A stretch of 64,000 bases of DNA from a virus (IMGVR_UViG_3300047160_003616:1-64000); one strand, 5' to 3'; counted from the stretch's first letter, positions 28,568-36,658 are shown. Program-made: numbers and translations. Notes: generated by a model not told the origin, from the letters alone.

Positions 28568-29296
28568 CTACGGCATGGTGATGCCGTGTGGCACGATCAC
28601 GTCGCCCTGGGTCATCAGCAGGGTCTCGAAATCGCTGAAGCTCACATCGAATTGGCCCCTGCGCCCGAAATCCGGGCCCCAACTGGTCAGACAGGTGACC
28701 AGCTGAGTGCTGTAGTTGATACCCAGGGCCAGGTACTCATGTCCCCCGGCCACGTTCTCATCAGTCAGCGCCCCGATATGCACCAGCCCGGAGGGGTCCG
28801 GGTTGAACATAGAGCGCGTCCATAATGTGCCCACCAAACATGGCGTGACCTGCAAAGCGGCACGAAATTCAGCGAAGCCGAAACAATGCTGGTATCTGTC
28901 GGCCCAATTCAACTCCACGGCGGCCTTAGCTATATCCAATCCATCGCTGCCCCCATCATGGGGCGGATAAAAATACTCCGGGTCGCCCTCCTCGTGGGTG
29001 GCCACCGAGTAGAACTGCAGCGCCAGGGACTCGGTGCACCAACTCACCTTCTTGGCCCGCCGCACCGGGGCGGCGAAGTCGGTATTAAAAAATCCGGCCA
29101 TCGCATTGCCGGTGCAGGCGTTGGTGTTCCATTGATTCAAAATTGGCTGGGTATAAGACCACAGCGTCGTTACGTCACGTGACGGTTTGTCGGCCGCAAA
29201 GGCGTAGTTAAGCGAGCGCGTGTCGTGATGGATGTGACGCCCCAACCGGTAGGGCGCATCGGTGGGCACCGGCAATTTATGAATGATCTCGGCCAT
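28568..29296 (-). CDS. Papain-like (C1A) cysteine peptidase
   Basis: ILNQWNTNACTGNA (Gln and catalytic Cys), GGHEY (His), and LTSWG where NSWG is usual. Confidence 0.75.
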   Translation of the reverse strand: MAEIIHKLPVPTDAPYRLGRHIHHDTRSLNYAFAADKPSRDVTTLWSYTQPILNQWNTNACTGNAMAGFFNTDFAAPVRRAKKVSWCTESLALQFYSVATHEEGDPEYFYPPHDGGSDGLDIAKAAVELNWADRYQHCFGFAEFRAALQVTPCLVGTLWTRSMFNPDPSGLVHIGALTDENVAGGHEYLALGINYSTQLVTCLTSWGPDFGRRGQFDVSFSDFETLLMTQGDVIVPHGITMP

Positions 29297-29329
29297 AAAA
29301 AACCTCCTCTTCTTCGGAGGAGGTTTTTT
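29297..29329 (-). terminator. Intrinsic terminator closing the guide array; its 3' arm is the peptidase RBS
   Basis: A6-CCTCCTC-CGAAGAA-GAGGAGG-T6 followed directly by ATG. Confidence 0.85.
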
Positions 29330-29332
29330 GGG

Positions 29333-29427
29333 TAAAGCCCCTGCCTTGCCGAGCCCGGCCTAGCCACGCCCAACCTGGCCTTGCCAGGCCTTGCCGAGCC
29401 CAGCCTTGCCCGGCCGCGCCGCGCCAA
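29333..29427 (-). ncRNA. Putative guide unit U6 (17 pentamers, one GGT)
   Basis: Perfect 5-nt register from 29343 to 29427. Confidence 0.65.
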
Positions 29428-29465
29428 GATCTAGCCTCCTCACCTATTAGGTGGGGAGATGAAGG

Positions 29466-29566
29466 TAAAACCCCTGCCCTGCCCCGCCGGGCCGAGCCAG
29501 GCCGTGCCCGGCCTTGCCGATGCCGCGCCGCGCCAAGCCACGCCCTGCCTAGCCATGGCAAGTCTG
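29466..29566 (-). ncRNA. Putative guide unit U5 (16 pentamers, one 1-nt insertion)
   Basis: Shares 5' CAGACTTGCCATGGC with U4. Confidence 0.65.
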
Positions 29567-29585
29567 TTGAAAAATTGAGTTGTGA

Positions 29586-29720
29586 TAAAGCCCCTGCCCT
29601 GCCATGCCGCGCCTTGGCTAGGCGAGCCACGCCGTGCCATGCCGTGCCAAGCCTAGCCACGCCTAGCCGGGCCTAGCCGCGCCGGGCCACGGCCTGCCGA
29701 GCCCTGCCATGGCAAGTCTG
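29586..29720 (-). ncRNA. Putative guide unit U4 (23 pentamers)
   Basis: Perfect register 29596-29710, with three GCC-for-GGC variants. Confidence 0.65.
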
Positions 29721-29730
29721 AAGTTGTGTG

Positions 29731-29820
29731 TAAAACCCCTGCCCTGCCTAGCCCAGCCGTGCCGGGCCGAGGCCAGCCACGCCGCGCCTAGCCATGCCAG
29801 GCCATGCCTCGCCACGTCAA
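29731..29820 (-). ncRNA. Putative guide unit U3 (15 pentamers)
   Basis: Register 29741-29815. Confidence 0.65.
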
Positions 29821-29836
29821 GTCATGAAATTATTGT

Positions 29837-29911
29837 TAAAGCCCCTGCCTTGCCTAGCCTCGACACGCCACGCCCAGGCCCGCCCGGCCATGCCAGGCCT
29901 CGCCGAGTCCG
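29837..29911 (-). ncRNA. Putative guide unit U2 (12 pentamers)
   Basis: Register 29847-29906. Confidence 0.62.
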
Positions 29912-29931
29912 TGAAAGATTTGAATTGTAGG

Positions 29932-30022
29932 TAAAGCCCCTGCCTCGCCGAGCCGAGCCCCAGCCTTGCCTTGCCTCGCCGTGCCACGCCACGCCATGGC
30001 TTGCCAAGCCGCGCCCTGCCAC
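29932..30022 (-). ncRNA. Putative guide unit U1 (16 pentamers, one 1-nt insertion)
   Basis: Begins 2 nt after the stop of the wHTH gene. Confidence 0.65.
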
Positions 30023-30024
30023 GA

Positions 30025-30582
30025 TTATTTGTCGCCGAGCAGCCCTTCCAGTCGTGTCAGCCGTTCCTGCACTTTATCCAGCTCGGTGGTGGTGTGCTCC
30101 TTGGTGCTGCGATGATCCTGCTGAATCAGTTGCATCGCTGCGGCCAACTCACGCTGTTGCACGTCCAGGCGGCGGCAGAAGTCCACCTGGGCGGCGAATG
30201 CCGCCCCCACCACCTCAAAGGCTTGCCGGGCGATGGGGTCCAGGGCCAACCAGTCCACATGAGTCACCGCGTTTTGCCCGCGCACCAGAGCCTTGGAGGA
30301 CTTGCGCTGATGCCGCCGGGCCAGCCGCATGTGCTCGGGGGCCTGAAGCACGCGATAACCCGTGTTAATCACCGCGTCAATAGCACGGTTGTCGACACGT
30401 TCAAACTCGCGGGCGGCCCGCTGGGTGGCCTGTTGCAGCACCCGGCGATCCTTATCCCCGTCGAGACCCAGCGCCTCACCCATCGCCTCGTAGGTCAGTG
30501 TCCCATCCACGGGGGTGGTCCTGAGCAGGTCGTAGATGACCCGCCAGCGGGCTCGCTCGTTGAGCGGGGAGAACGGGCTCAT
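30025..30582 (-). CDS. Winged-helix/coiled-coil partner of the RAMP gene
   Basis: LTYEAMGEALGL...VINTGYRVL wHTH-like segment and helical C-terminus; ATGA-coupled to the RAMP gene. Confidence 0.7.
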   Translation of the reverse strand: MSPFSPLNERARWRVIYDLLRTTPVDGTLTYEAMGEALGLDGDKDRRVLQQATQRAAREFERVDNRAIDAVINTGYRVLQAPEHMRLARRHQRKSSKALVRGQNAVTHVDWLALDPIARQAFEVVGAAFAAQVDFCRRLDVQQRELAAAMQLIQQDHRSTKEHTTTELDKVQERLTRLEGLLGDK

Positions 30583-31154
30583 GACTGCTTGACCCCCATC
30601 ACCTCAAAGCGACCGTAGAGGGGACGACGCTCGCCCAGTCCGATCAACAGCCCCGCCGTGGTGGCGATGCGTTCGATGTCCACCAACTCCAGCAGGGCCG
30701 TGTCCAGGGTGCCGTTGACCTCCACCGCCCACTCGGGGAACCACGGGCGCACTCGCATCACCCGGCTGGCCCCCACCTTGACGCTGGCCCGGTAGTAGAA
30801 CGTGGCCGCGTACAGCTCCTCGACGGTGCGCGGGCCCTTGTAGCCCAGCGCGATCACGTCGTCCTTGATCAACACGCCCTGCTCCACCTGCTTGCCCTGT
30901 TTGGTCTTGCGACCACCCTCGATCAGGCACTTGAAGATGTTGGCACCGGGGATATAGGGGCCCTCCACTTCATCGAAGTAGATCCCGCCGAAAAACTCGG
31001 TGCGGGCCAGCAGGTGATGGTCCTCGTCGGTCTTGTTGCGTTTTCGGGTCAGGCGCTTGACCTCTTTGGCCGCGGGATCGAGCGGATCGGCCAGCCGGGC
31101 ACTGTGCATGATCAGCGGACGGGTTCCCCGAAGGGTGAGGGTGAAATCAATCAT
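30579..31154 (-). CDS. Minimal Cas7/Csm3-like RAMP protein (Vipr-like effector, 191 aa)
   Basis: FTLTLRGTRPLIMH (RRM beta1), PYIPGANIFKCLIEGG (cf. Csm3 P.IPGSSlKG), RVRPWFPEW, and G-rich loop AGLLIGLGERRPLYGRFEV. Confidence 0.82.
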   Translation of the reverse strand: MIDFTLTLRGTRPLIMHSARLADPLDPAAKEVKRLTRKRNKTDEDHHLLARTEFFGGIYFDEVEGPYIPGANIFKCLIEGGRKTKQGKQVEQGVLIKDDVIALGYKGPRTVEELYAATFYYRASVKVGASRVMRVRPWFPEWAVEVNGTLDTALLELVDIERIATTAGLLIGLGERRPLYGRFEVMGVKQS

Positions 31155-31161
31155 GGCGTAG

Positions 31162-31200
31162 ATGCTATAGGACTGTCACGAGGCGTGCAATATATTCCAC
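31162..31200 (-). promoter_or_regulatory. SigA-like promoter TTGCAC-N17-TAGCAT (leaderless) with a near-palindrome over the -35
   Basis: -35 at 31185-31190, -10 at 31162-31167, ATG 7 nt after the -10, no SD; GTGGAATATATTGCAC at 31185-31200. Confidence 0.65.
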
Positions 31201-31284
31201 GATTAAGGTCACAGTGCAAACACAACCACATAGCGTGGCGGTCGGACCACACCATCAGGCAGCCGCAGCGACAGCGGTCGTCGG

Positions 31285-31488
31285 TCATGGGGCGGGGAAT
31301 ATGGGGTTGTCGGCCACCTTGACGGCCTTCAGGTTGAACCTCGTGACCGTTGCCCGCACGTCCTCAATCCATCGCTGAATCGGGCCGACATTCATTGGAT
31401 GGTCGGAGCGAAACGTGCTGGCATTGATGTCACTAAGCACGTCAAGGCGTTCAAGAATGATTGCCGCCAGTTCGTCCGCAGCGTCCAT
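31285..31488 (-). CDS. Hypothetical protein
   Basis: 67-aa ORF with a GAAGGAG-like RBS. Confidence 0.55.
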   Translation of the reverse strand: MDAADELAAIILERLDVLSDINASTFRSDHPMNVGPIQRWIEDVRATVTRFNLKAVKVADNPIFPAP

Positions 31489-31509
31489 GTGTGTAACTCC
31501 CTTCTTCGG

Positions 31510-31719
31510 TCATGTCGGGGCTCCGTGCCAACCCTTCTCGGGCGGCAGCGTGTGCTGCTCGCGGGAGTAGTCCAGGGCCAGGTCGGCGATCAGCTGCCCG
31601 TCGGCGTAGACGACCACGTGCTTGCCGTCCACCGCCGCCTGGTGCATGGCATCGGTGATGCGCTTGAGCCGGTTGGCCATCCCGATCACCGCCCAGACGC
31701 CGTCGTCGGTCACTCCCAT
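31510..31719 (-). CDS. Hypothetical protein
   Basis: ORF in the operon chain. Confidence 0.55.
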   Translation of the reverse strand: MGVTDDGVWAVIGMANRLKRITDAMHQAAVDGKHVVVYADGQLIADLALDYSREQHTLPPEKGWHGAPT

Positions 31720-32000
31720 ATCGCCAGCGCCATCAGCCGGGCCAGCCGGGTGATCGCCAGCGCCTCACTGCTGGAGTGCGCCCAGCCCTGGTGGTCGGGG
31801 TGCAGGTCGCAGGCGTACACCTCACCACGGATGGCGAGTCGGCCTTCACATATCGGCTCGTGCCGCCCGTGCCGGGCGATGTCACCTCGGCCATGCTCGA
31901 TGATGTCAGCCACCTCTGTGCCGAAGATCGCTTCCATAGAGTGATGGCCCACCACGCCTGCCTCACCCAACGCGAAACGAGGGACCATCTGATCGCTCAT
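31710..32000 (-). CDS. Hypothetical protein
   Basis: Restarted at MSDQMVP. Confidence 0.5.
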   Translation of the reverse strand: MSDQMVPRFALGEAGVVGHHSMEAIFGTEVADIIEHGRGDIARHGRHEPICEGRLAIRGEVYACDLHPDHQGWAHSSSEALAITRLARLMALAIWE

Positions 32001-32109
32001 GGATACCACACCGTCCCGCAACTGCAGCTGACCCGCCAGGGGCGCGTCTGGCCGTGGCTGCACACGTAGTGCCCGGCACGGTAGTGCGTCCAGATCACGT
32101 GCCACACAT

Positions 32110-32313
32110 TCACGCCAGGCCCTTGGACAGGTAGTCACGGTCGTAAAGCATCCGGGCCAATGCCTTGTCGCGGGCCTCCTCTTCGGTCTTGCGCAGCGCC
32201 CAGCCGGTGTGGCCCCGCCCGTCATTGACGGTGACCGAGAACTGGCCCTCGCCCTGATCCACATGCCAGATCAATCCACCGGGCCAGGGCTGATCACAAG
32301 TCGGGCACTTCAT
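32110..32313 (-). CDS. Hypothetical protein (CPTC)
   Basis: ATGA overlap. Confidence 0.55.
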   Translation of the reverse strand: MKCPTCDQPWPGGLIWHVDQGEGQFSVTVNDGRGHTGWALRKTEEEARDKALARMLYDRDYLSKGLA

Positions 32314-32708
32314 AGGATGTCCTTCTTTCGTGGGTCCTCGGTCTTGCGGCCATCCTCACGGATGTACCCCGGCTCGCCCCCGTCCAGGCCGTGCACGATG
32401 CCGTAGCGCATGCGGTCGTGATCGGTCTCGGTCTCCTTGTTGGTGCGCCCGATGGGTTCGACATTGGGTATCCACACCCCGGTCTCCGCCTCAGTGCCGT
32501 CCTCGCCCTTGCGGATGATCTCCTGCCAGTTGATGGCGATCTCGATGCCGATGCGGGCGAACTCCTCATGCGCGGCGATGTCGAAAATGGCCTTGTTGGT
32601 GTCGGTGAAGTGAGTGAAGTCGAAGGCGGCCGACAACCGGTTCATGGCGTAGGCCATCTTGGGCACCTCGTCGGGGTATGGGACGAAGTCGGGGATGGGC
32701 CGGTTCAT
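32310..32708 (-). CDS. Hypothetical protein
   Basis: 132-aa ORF; ATGA overlap. Confidence 0.65.
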   Translation of the reverse strand: MNRPIPDFVPYPDEVPKMAYAMNRLSAAFDFTHFTDTNKAIFDIAAHEEFARIGIEIAINWQEIIRKGEDGTEAETGVWIPNVEPIGRTNKETETDHDRMRYGIVHGLDGGEPGYIREDGRKTEDPRKKDIL

Positions 32709-32875
32709 AAGCGCCTGGCCTGGTGCCGAGTAGAACTTTTACGCTCGGTGTCCACATGCTCCAAAAACTCGCTCCCACCCGGATCGGTAGCGCGATAGAC
32801 CTTGCCGCCGCAGGTCTTGCAGCGCCGCATGCCCTGCGCCGACCACAGCGCGAGCCTGGTGTTGTAGTCAGACAT
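32705..32875 (-). CDS. Small zinc-ribbon protein
   Basis: MSDYNTR...CKTC. Confidence 0.55.
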   Translation of the reverse strand: MSDYNTRLALWSAQGMRRCKTCGGKVYRATDPGGSEFLEHVDTERKSSTRHQARRL

Positions 32876-33043
32876 AGGCCCCCTCCGGGGGCCGCCAGGC
32901 ACGCGCCTCATCGAAGCTGCGCAGCTGCACGCAGGGGATGTACTCACGGGGCTTCCAGATCCACCACCAGTTGTTGCGCTTGCGGCACAGCCATTTGGTG
33001 GGGTCATTGGGCCCGACGAAGCCGGGACGGGGCCGGGTGGGGG

Positions 33044-33517
33044 TCATACGCGGTCCAGGTCATTATGGGTGAACAGCTCATTGCGTTTGGCGATCACAGC
33101 CGCTTCGGCCTCGGGGATGGTGGGAAAACGGCCCGCATGGATGTACTTGCCATTGTGCTTAACCTGAGCCCTCCATGCCCCCCTAGCCTTATCCCAAATC
33201 ACTCCCCGCACACCCGATGTACCAGCCGAATTGGGGCCCGACCGATTCTCCTTGTTCTGCTTACTGGTCACCAAGCGCAGATGAGCAGGGTTGACACAAT
33301 GCTTGGGACAGGTATGACGATGGTCTAACTCCCGATCATCGGGAATAGGCCCATGTGCCCACTCGTAAGCAATCCGGTGCCCATACTTCATCGTGCCGCC
33401 GAGATAGAACTCGGCATATCCCTTGCAGGTGCGGCCCGCCGTCCACAGCCAACAATCACCTGAGCGATCTACTTTGCTCCAAAACCGCTCCTCGGTGGTC
33501 AATGACCATCTGGGCAT
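33044..33517 (-). CDS. HNH homing endonuclease with AP2 domain
   Basis: RFWSKVD..GDCWLW, HRIAY, LDH..CVNPAHL, and SGVRGV.W...WRAQ. Confidence 0.9.
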   Translation of the reverse strand: MPRWSLTTEERFWSKVDRSGDCWLWTAGRTCKGYAEFYLGGTMKYGHRIAYEWAHGPIPDDRELDHRHTCPKHCVNPAHLRLVTSKQNKENRSGPNSAGTSGVRGVIWDKARGAWRAQVKHNGKYIHAGRFPTIPEAEAAVIAKRNELFTHNDLDRV

Positions 33518-34510
33518 TTACAGCAGCCGCTCACATTGAACACAGCGATGAATGGCTTGCTCAGCATTGAAAGCCAGATGGCCTCCCACGGTTTGCAACC
33601 TCATCATCGTGGCGTAGCGAGCATCGTTGGCGACTTCGGTGAACGCATTTTGCACATCCCAGATCGAGACCGGCTCGGGCAACTGATTGACAATATCGAG
33701 AATGCTGTCGAGCACCTTGCGGCTGAGGTTGGCTTCCCTGGCCAATTGTGCAGCAAAAGCTTGGGGACTGCCGGGAGGGGTCATGTCACGGGTCGCAGCC
33801 AGGCGATTCAGATAATCGTCCAACTGGCTCAGGACGAGACCTGCAGCCTCTTCCATACTGGCAATGACCTCATCGACTGTGCGACCCTTCAGACTGATCT
33901 GACCCAGCTTCTCCTCGGTCGTCATCCCATTGGTGCATTCCAATCGCTCGGCGTACACGCCCACCGAAGGCGGCTTGGACTGATAGGGGTAGCTCAAAAT
34001 ACGGAAGCCCGCTTCAGTGATGTCGCCTACATGAGCTTCGCTCTTGCTGGGGAAGCTGATCTGGTGCTCCGCCGTCGTAGCGTCGAGATGAAATCTGGTT
34101 TCATCGGTGAGGAGTCGTCTGATGGTGTCCTGGGGGTCAAGCATCTTGATTACAACTTCGGCGACCCGCGCTAGGGGAAGCATCGTTTGACTGGGCTGAT
34201 GAATCGCAATGATTTCATCGTTCAAAGACTCGATGACTGTGTCAGCATCCTGATGGCGCTCCAGCTTGTACCGAAGCAATGTGGCCCGGAACTCAGGAGT
34301 GAGGTCTTCGTAGAACCCAGCGGGTATTTTCAAATAGCCGGTCAGCGCCTTGTTGGCCGCGGCGTCGAGGGCGAAATGCTTCTGGGAGCCGTTGGTGATG
34401 GTGAGCACGGTGGCGTCGTCGGTGACGGTGAAACCGGAGAGCTTGGCGGTAATGGTGCCCTCCTGTCGCTTGGCCAGATGATCGTGGAGTTCGGCCACTC
34501 TGAGTTGCAT
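33518..34510 (-). CDS. DUF932-like protein
   Basis: ERLECTNGM motif and ...W.V.NAFTE pattern. Confidence 0.6.
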   Translation of the reverse strand: MQLRVAELHDHLAKRQEGTITAKLSGFTVTDDATVLTITNGSQKHFALDAAANKALTGYLKIPAGFYEDLTPEFRATLLRYKLERHQDADTVIESLNDEIIAIHQPSQTMLPLARVAEVVIKMLDPQDTIRRLLTDETRFHLDATTAEHQISFPSKSEAHVGDITEAGFRILSYPYQSKPPSVGVYAERLECTNGMTTEEKLGQISLKGRTVDEVIASMEEAAGLVLSQLDDYLNRLAATRDMTPPGSPQAFAAQLAREANLSRKVLDSILDIVNQLPEPVSIWDVQNAFTEVANDARYATMMRLQTVGGHLAFNAEQAIHRCVQCERLL

Positions 34511-34550
34511 GAAGGAAGCCTTTCACTTTTGCTGTAGGGATACGTTTAGT

Positions 34551-35612
34551 CTATACCTGCAGCAAGGCCCATGTATTCAGAAGGGTAGACGAACTTCCGG
34601 CGGTGCTCTTGGTCCACACCACATAGGGGAAGGCCGCCCGGCCGGTCACCAGCGTGGGGTTGGCATTCAGCAGCGGCATGAGGTGGATGCCGCCACCCAG
34701 ATATGAGCCGTCGGCGTCATTGCCCAACGCCACCGCGGGACCCAGCTTGGCAAAGGTGGCCCCGGCGTTGCTCACCCAGCACTGCCCGGTGTAAACCCCG
34801 GAGGCCACGCTCACCGTAGTGGCCAGTACCTGCTTCTGGTAGGCGGCGAAGCTCATCGCCCGCACAGTGGTCAGGCCCCCGACGGGGGCCAGCTCACTGG
34901 GATCGGAGGAGTAGCCATTGCCGGTGTGGTACTCCCAGCCCGCCTGGGTGCCCACCACGCCGGGATGAATCTGCGGGCTACTCAACAGCTGGACGTTGGA
35001 GCCTATCCGAGCCCAGGGCTTGCGGATGCGGTAGACGTTTCCGCTGGCGTCCGAGCCGTACACCAGCAGGTAGGGCGTCTGGTATTGCACTCCGCGGTCG
35101 AACACGACCGAGCCCACCACCGGCAACAGCTCCTCACCGGATAACGTGATGGCCCCGTTGGGCATGGCGGTGAAGTGCTGCAGCAGCCCGCCCAGCACCC
35201 CGGCGATGCTCACCGCGTGCAGCAGGTAGAGGAACTCGGGTGGCCTCGACGCCCCGCCGATCAGCGTGGCCGAGTCCACCGCGGTGTTCATCGGGATGAC
35301 CGGCTGGGTGTGCCCGGTGGTGCTGGGCACCTGGACCCGGGTGCCCCGGGTGTCGAAGATGACCCAGGACGGCGTGGTGTCCTCGGTGTAGGCGGTGTAG
35401 GCCCCCGGCGTGGTGCCATCGGCAGTGGCGGCATACCAGCGGCGCTGAGAGGCCATCAGATAGCGCCCGTCGATCAGCGGGTGCACCCACACCGGGGCGG
35501 CAGCGGCCAGGGTGGAGGGATCGTACAGCGCGCTGGGAGTCTTGGTCAGCACGCTCACCCCGGCGATGTCCAGGGCAGCCGGGGAGACCTGGGGTGCGGG
35601 AGAGGTGGCCAC
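34551..35612 (-). CDS. Hypothetical beta-rich protein, possibly virion structural
   Basis: 353 aa, rich in aromatic residues, Gly and Thr. Confidence 0.6.
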   Translation of the reverse strand: MATSPAPQVSPAALDIAGVSVLTKTPSALYDPSTLAAAAPVWVHPLIDGRYLMASQRRWYAATADGTTPGAYTAYTEDTTPSWVIFDTRGTRVQVPSTTGHTQPVIPMNTAVDSATLIGGASRPPEFLYLLHAVSIAGVLGGLLQHFTAMPNGAITLSGEELLPVVGSVVFDRGVQYQTPYLLVYGSDASGNVYRIRKPWARIGSNVQLLSSPQIHPGVVGTQAGWEYHTGNGYSSDPSELAPVGGLTTVRAMSFAAYQKQVLATTVSVASGVYTGQCWVSNAGATFAKLGPAVALGNDADGSYLGGGIHLMPLLNANPTLVTGRAAFPYVVWTKSTAGSSSTLLNTWALLQV

Positions 35613-35614
35613 GG

Positions 35615-36355
35615 TTAGGTGAACTCGTCACCCTCGTCGTGGCGGGCCGGGATGAACTCGCGCACGGTGGGCGAGACCGGTTCGGCCTCGATGACGCCCT
35701 TGGGGATGGGCTTGCCCTCCACCCGGGCCATGAAGGCCTCCTGCAGCTCCTCGGGCACGAACTCCTGGGCGGCGCGGATCAGCCGGTCCACGGTGTAGAC
35801 CATGTCAGCCATCTTGCGCCCGGAGGCATCACGTGCGGTCATGTCGTGCAGGCGGGAGGCGGCTTCCATCGCCTGCTGCACGGTGATGGTGGTGTTCTCG
35901 TCGGTGACGGTGCCAAAACCCTTGGCCATCACCGATTCCAGCAGCGCGTACTCGGTAACGATGTTGTCGATGCCGTTGATGTGGTCAAGGTTGGCCTCTT
36001 CGGCCCGGCGCTCCAAGATCCGCCGCAGCGCGGCCTGGGCGGGCTTTTGCACGTTGAAGTGCCAGCGCCGATGCTGGCGCACGCTGTAGGACTCGATGAG
36101 GCGCTTGTCGCCGCCCGCCGCCCGGCGGGCGTTGATGCTCATGCAGGCCTCGGTGACCTCCCGGTTGGACAGCCCCTTGGCGATCAGCTTGTTGACCAGG
36201 CTCATGGACTCTTCCTCGCAGCAGACATAGCAGCGCGAGACAATCTTGGGATTGCCGATCTCCCCGGCGTCCCGGGCGGCCTCGATCTCGGCGAGCGCGG
36301 CAGCACTGAGCGTCAGGGCCCGCTCCTCGATCTCGGCTCGGGAGAGTGTCATCAT
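35615..36355 (-). CDS. Hypothetical DNA-binding protein (CxxC...H)
   Basis: 246-aa ORF with an RCYVC motif. Confidence 0.6.
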   Translation of the reverse strand: MMTLSRAEIEERALTLSAAALAEIEAARDAGEIGNPKIVSRCYVCCEEESMSLVNKLIAKGLSNREVTEACMSINARRAAGGDKRLIESYSVRQHRRWHFNVQKPAQAALRRILERRAEEANLDHINGIDNIVTEYALLESVMAKGFGTVTDENTTITVQQAMEAASRLHDMTARDASGRKMADMVYTVDRLIRAAQEFVPEELQEAFMARVEGKPIPKGVIEAEPVSPTVREFIPARHDEGDEFT

Positions 36356-36658
36356 CTACCCCTCGTCGTGGTGGAAGTGCTTACCCGGCCGGTGGCCGAA
36401 GTTGGCGTTGAACGCCCGGCGAAACATCCCGCAGCGAATCGACTCGTCGGAGAACCCGTTGGTGGGCAGGATCTCCTTGGAGGCTCTTAACAGCAGTTGG
36501 TCGCGGGTCAGGTAGTCGCGTTTATCCCGCAGGGCGGTGACCCCCTCACGCCCCTTGGCGAGCCAGGCCGCGGCCTGCTCCTCGATCCCGTAGTCCTCCC
36601 CGCTCTTGAGTCGCAGCACCTGGGGTGGGCCCAGATACTCAAAGTCGAAGACAGACAT
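36356..36658 (-). CDS. Hypothetical protein
   Basis: 100-aa ORF abutting its neighbours. Confidence 0.6.
   Translation of the reverse strand: MSVFDFEYLGPPQVLRLKSGEDYGIEEQAAAWLAKGREGVTALRDKRDYLTRDQLLLRASKEILPTNGFSDESIRCGMFRRAFNANFGHRPGKHFHHDEG

Larger units (their letters stand above)
29333..30022 (-). repeat. Array of six (NN-GGY)n pentamer units, each ending GGCAGGGGYTTTA (VIPR-type guide array)
   Basis: About 99 pentamers parsed by hand (16, 12, 15, 23, 16, 17 in transcription order), separated by 20-40 nt linkers that are mostly AT-rich. Confidence 0.92.

Noticed and set aside
29170-30022. R/G/A-rich ORFs over the pentamer array (e.g. 29170-29427, 29277-29660, 29440-29640, 29822-30022)
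   Set aside because: These are translations of the 5-nt period. Units are out of frame with each other and carry 1-nt insertions. A GAGGAGG before TTG 29427 means translation of U6 is not fully excluded.
29333-30022. Canonical CRISPR array or simple microsatellite
   Set aside because: There is no long direct repeat with unique spacers. Variation is confined to two of five positions and units have a fixed 3' tail, which slippage would not produce.
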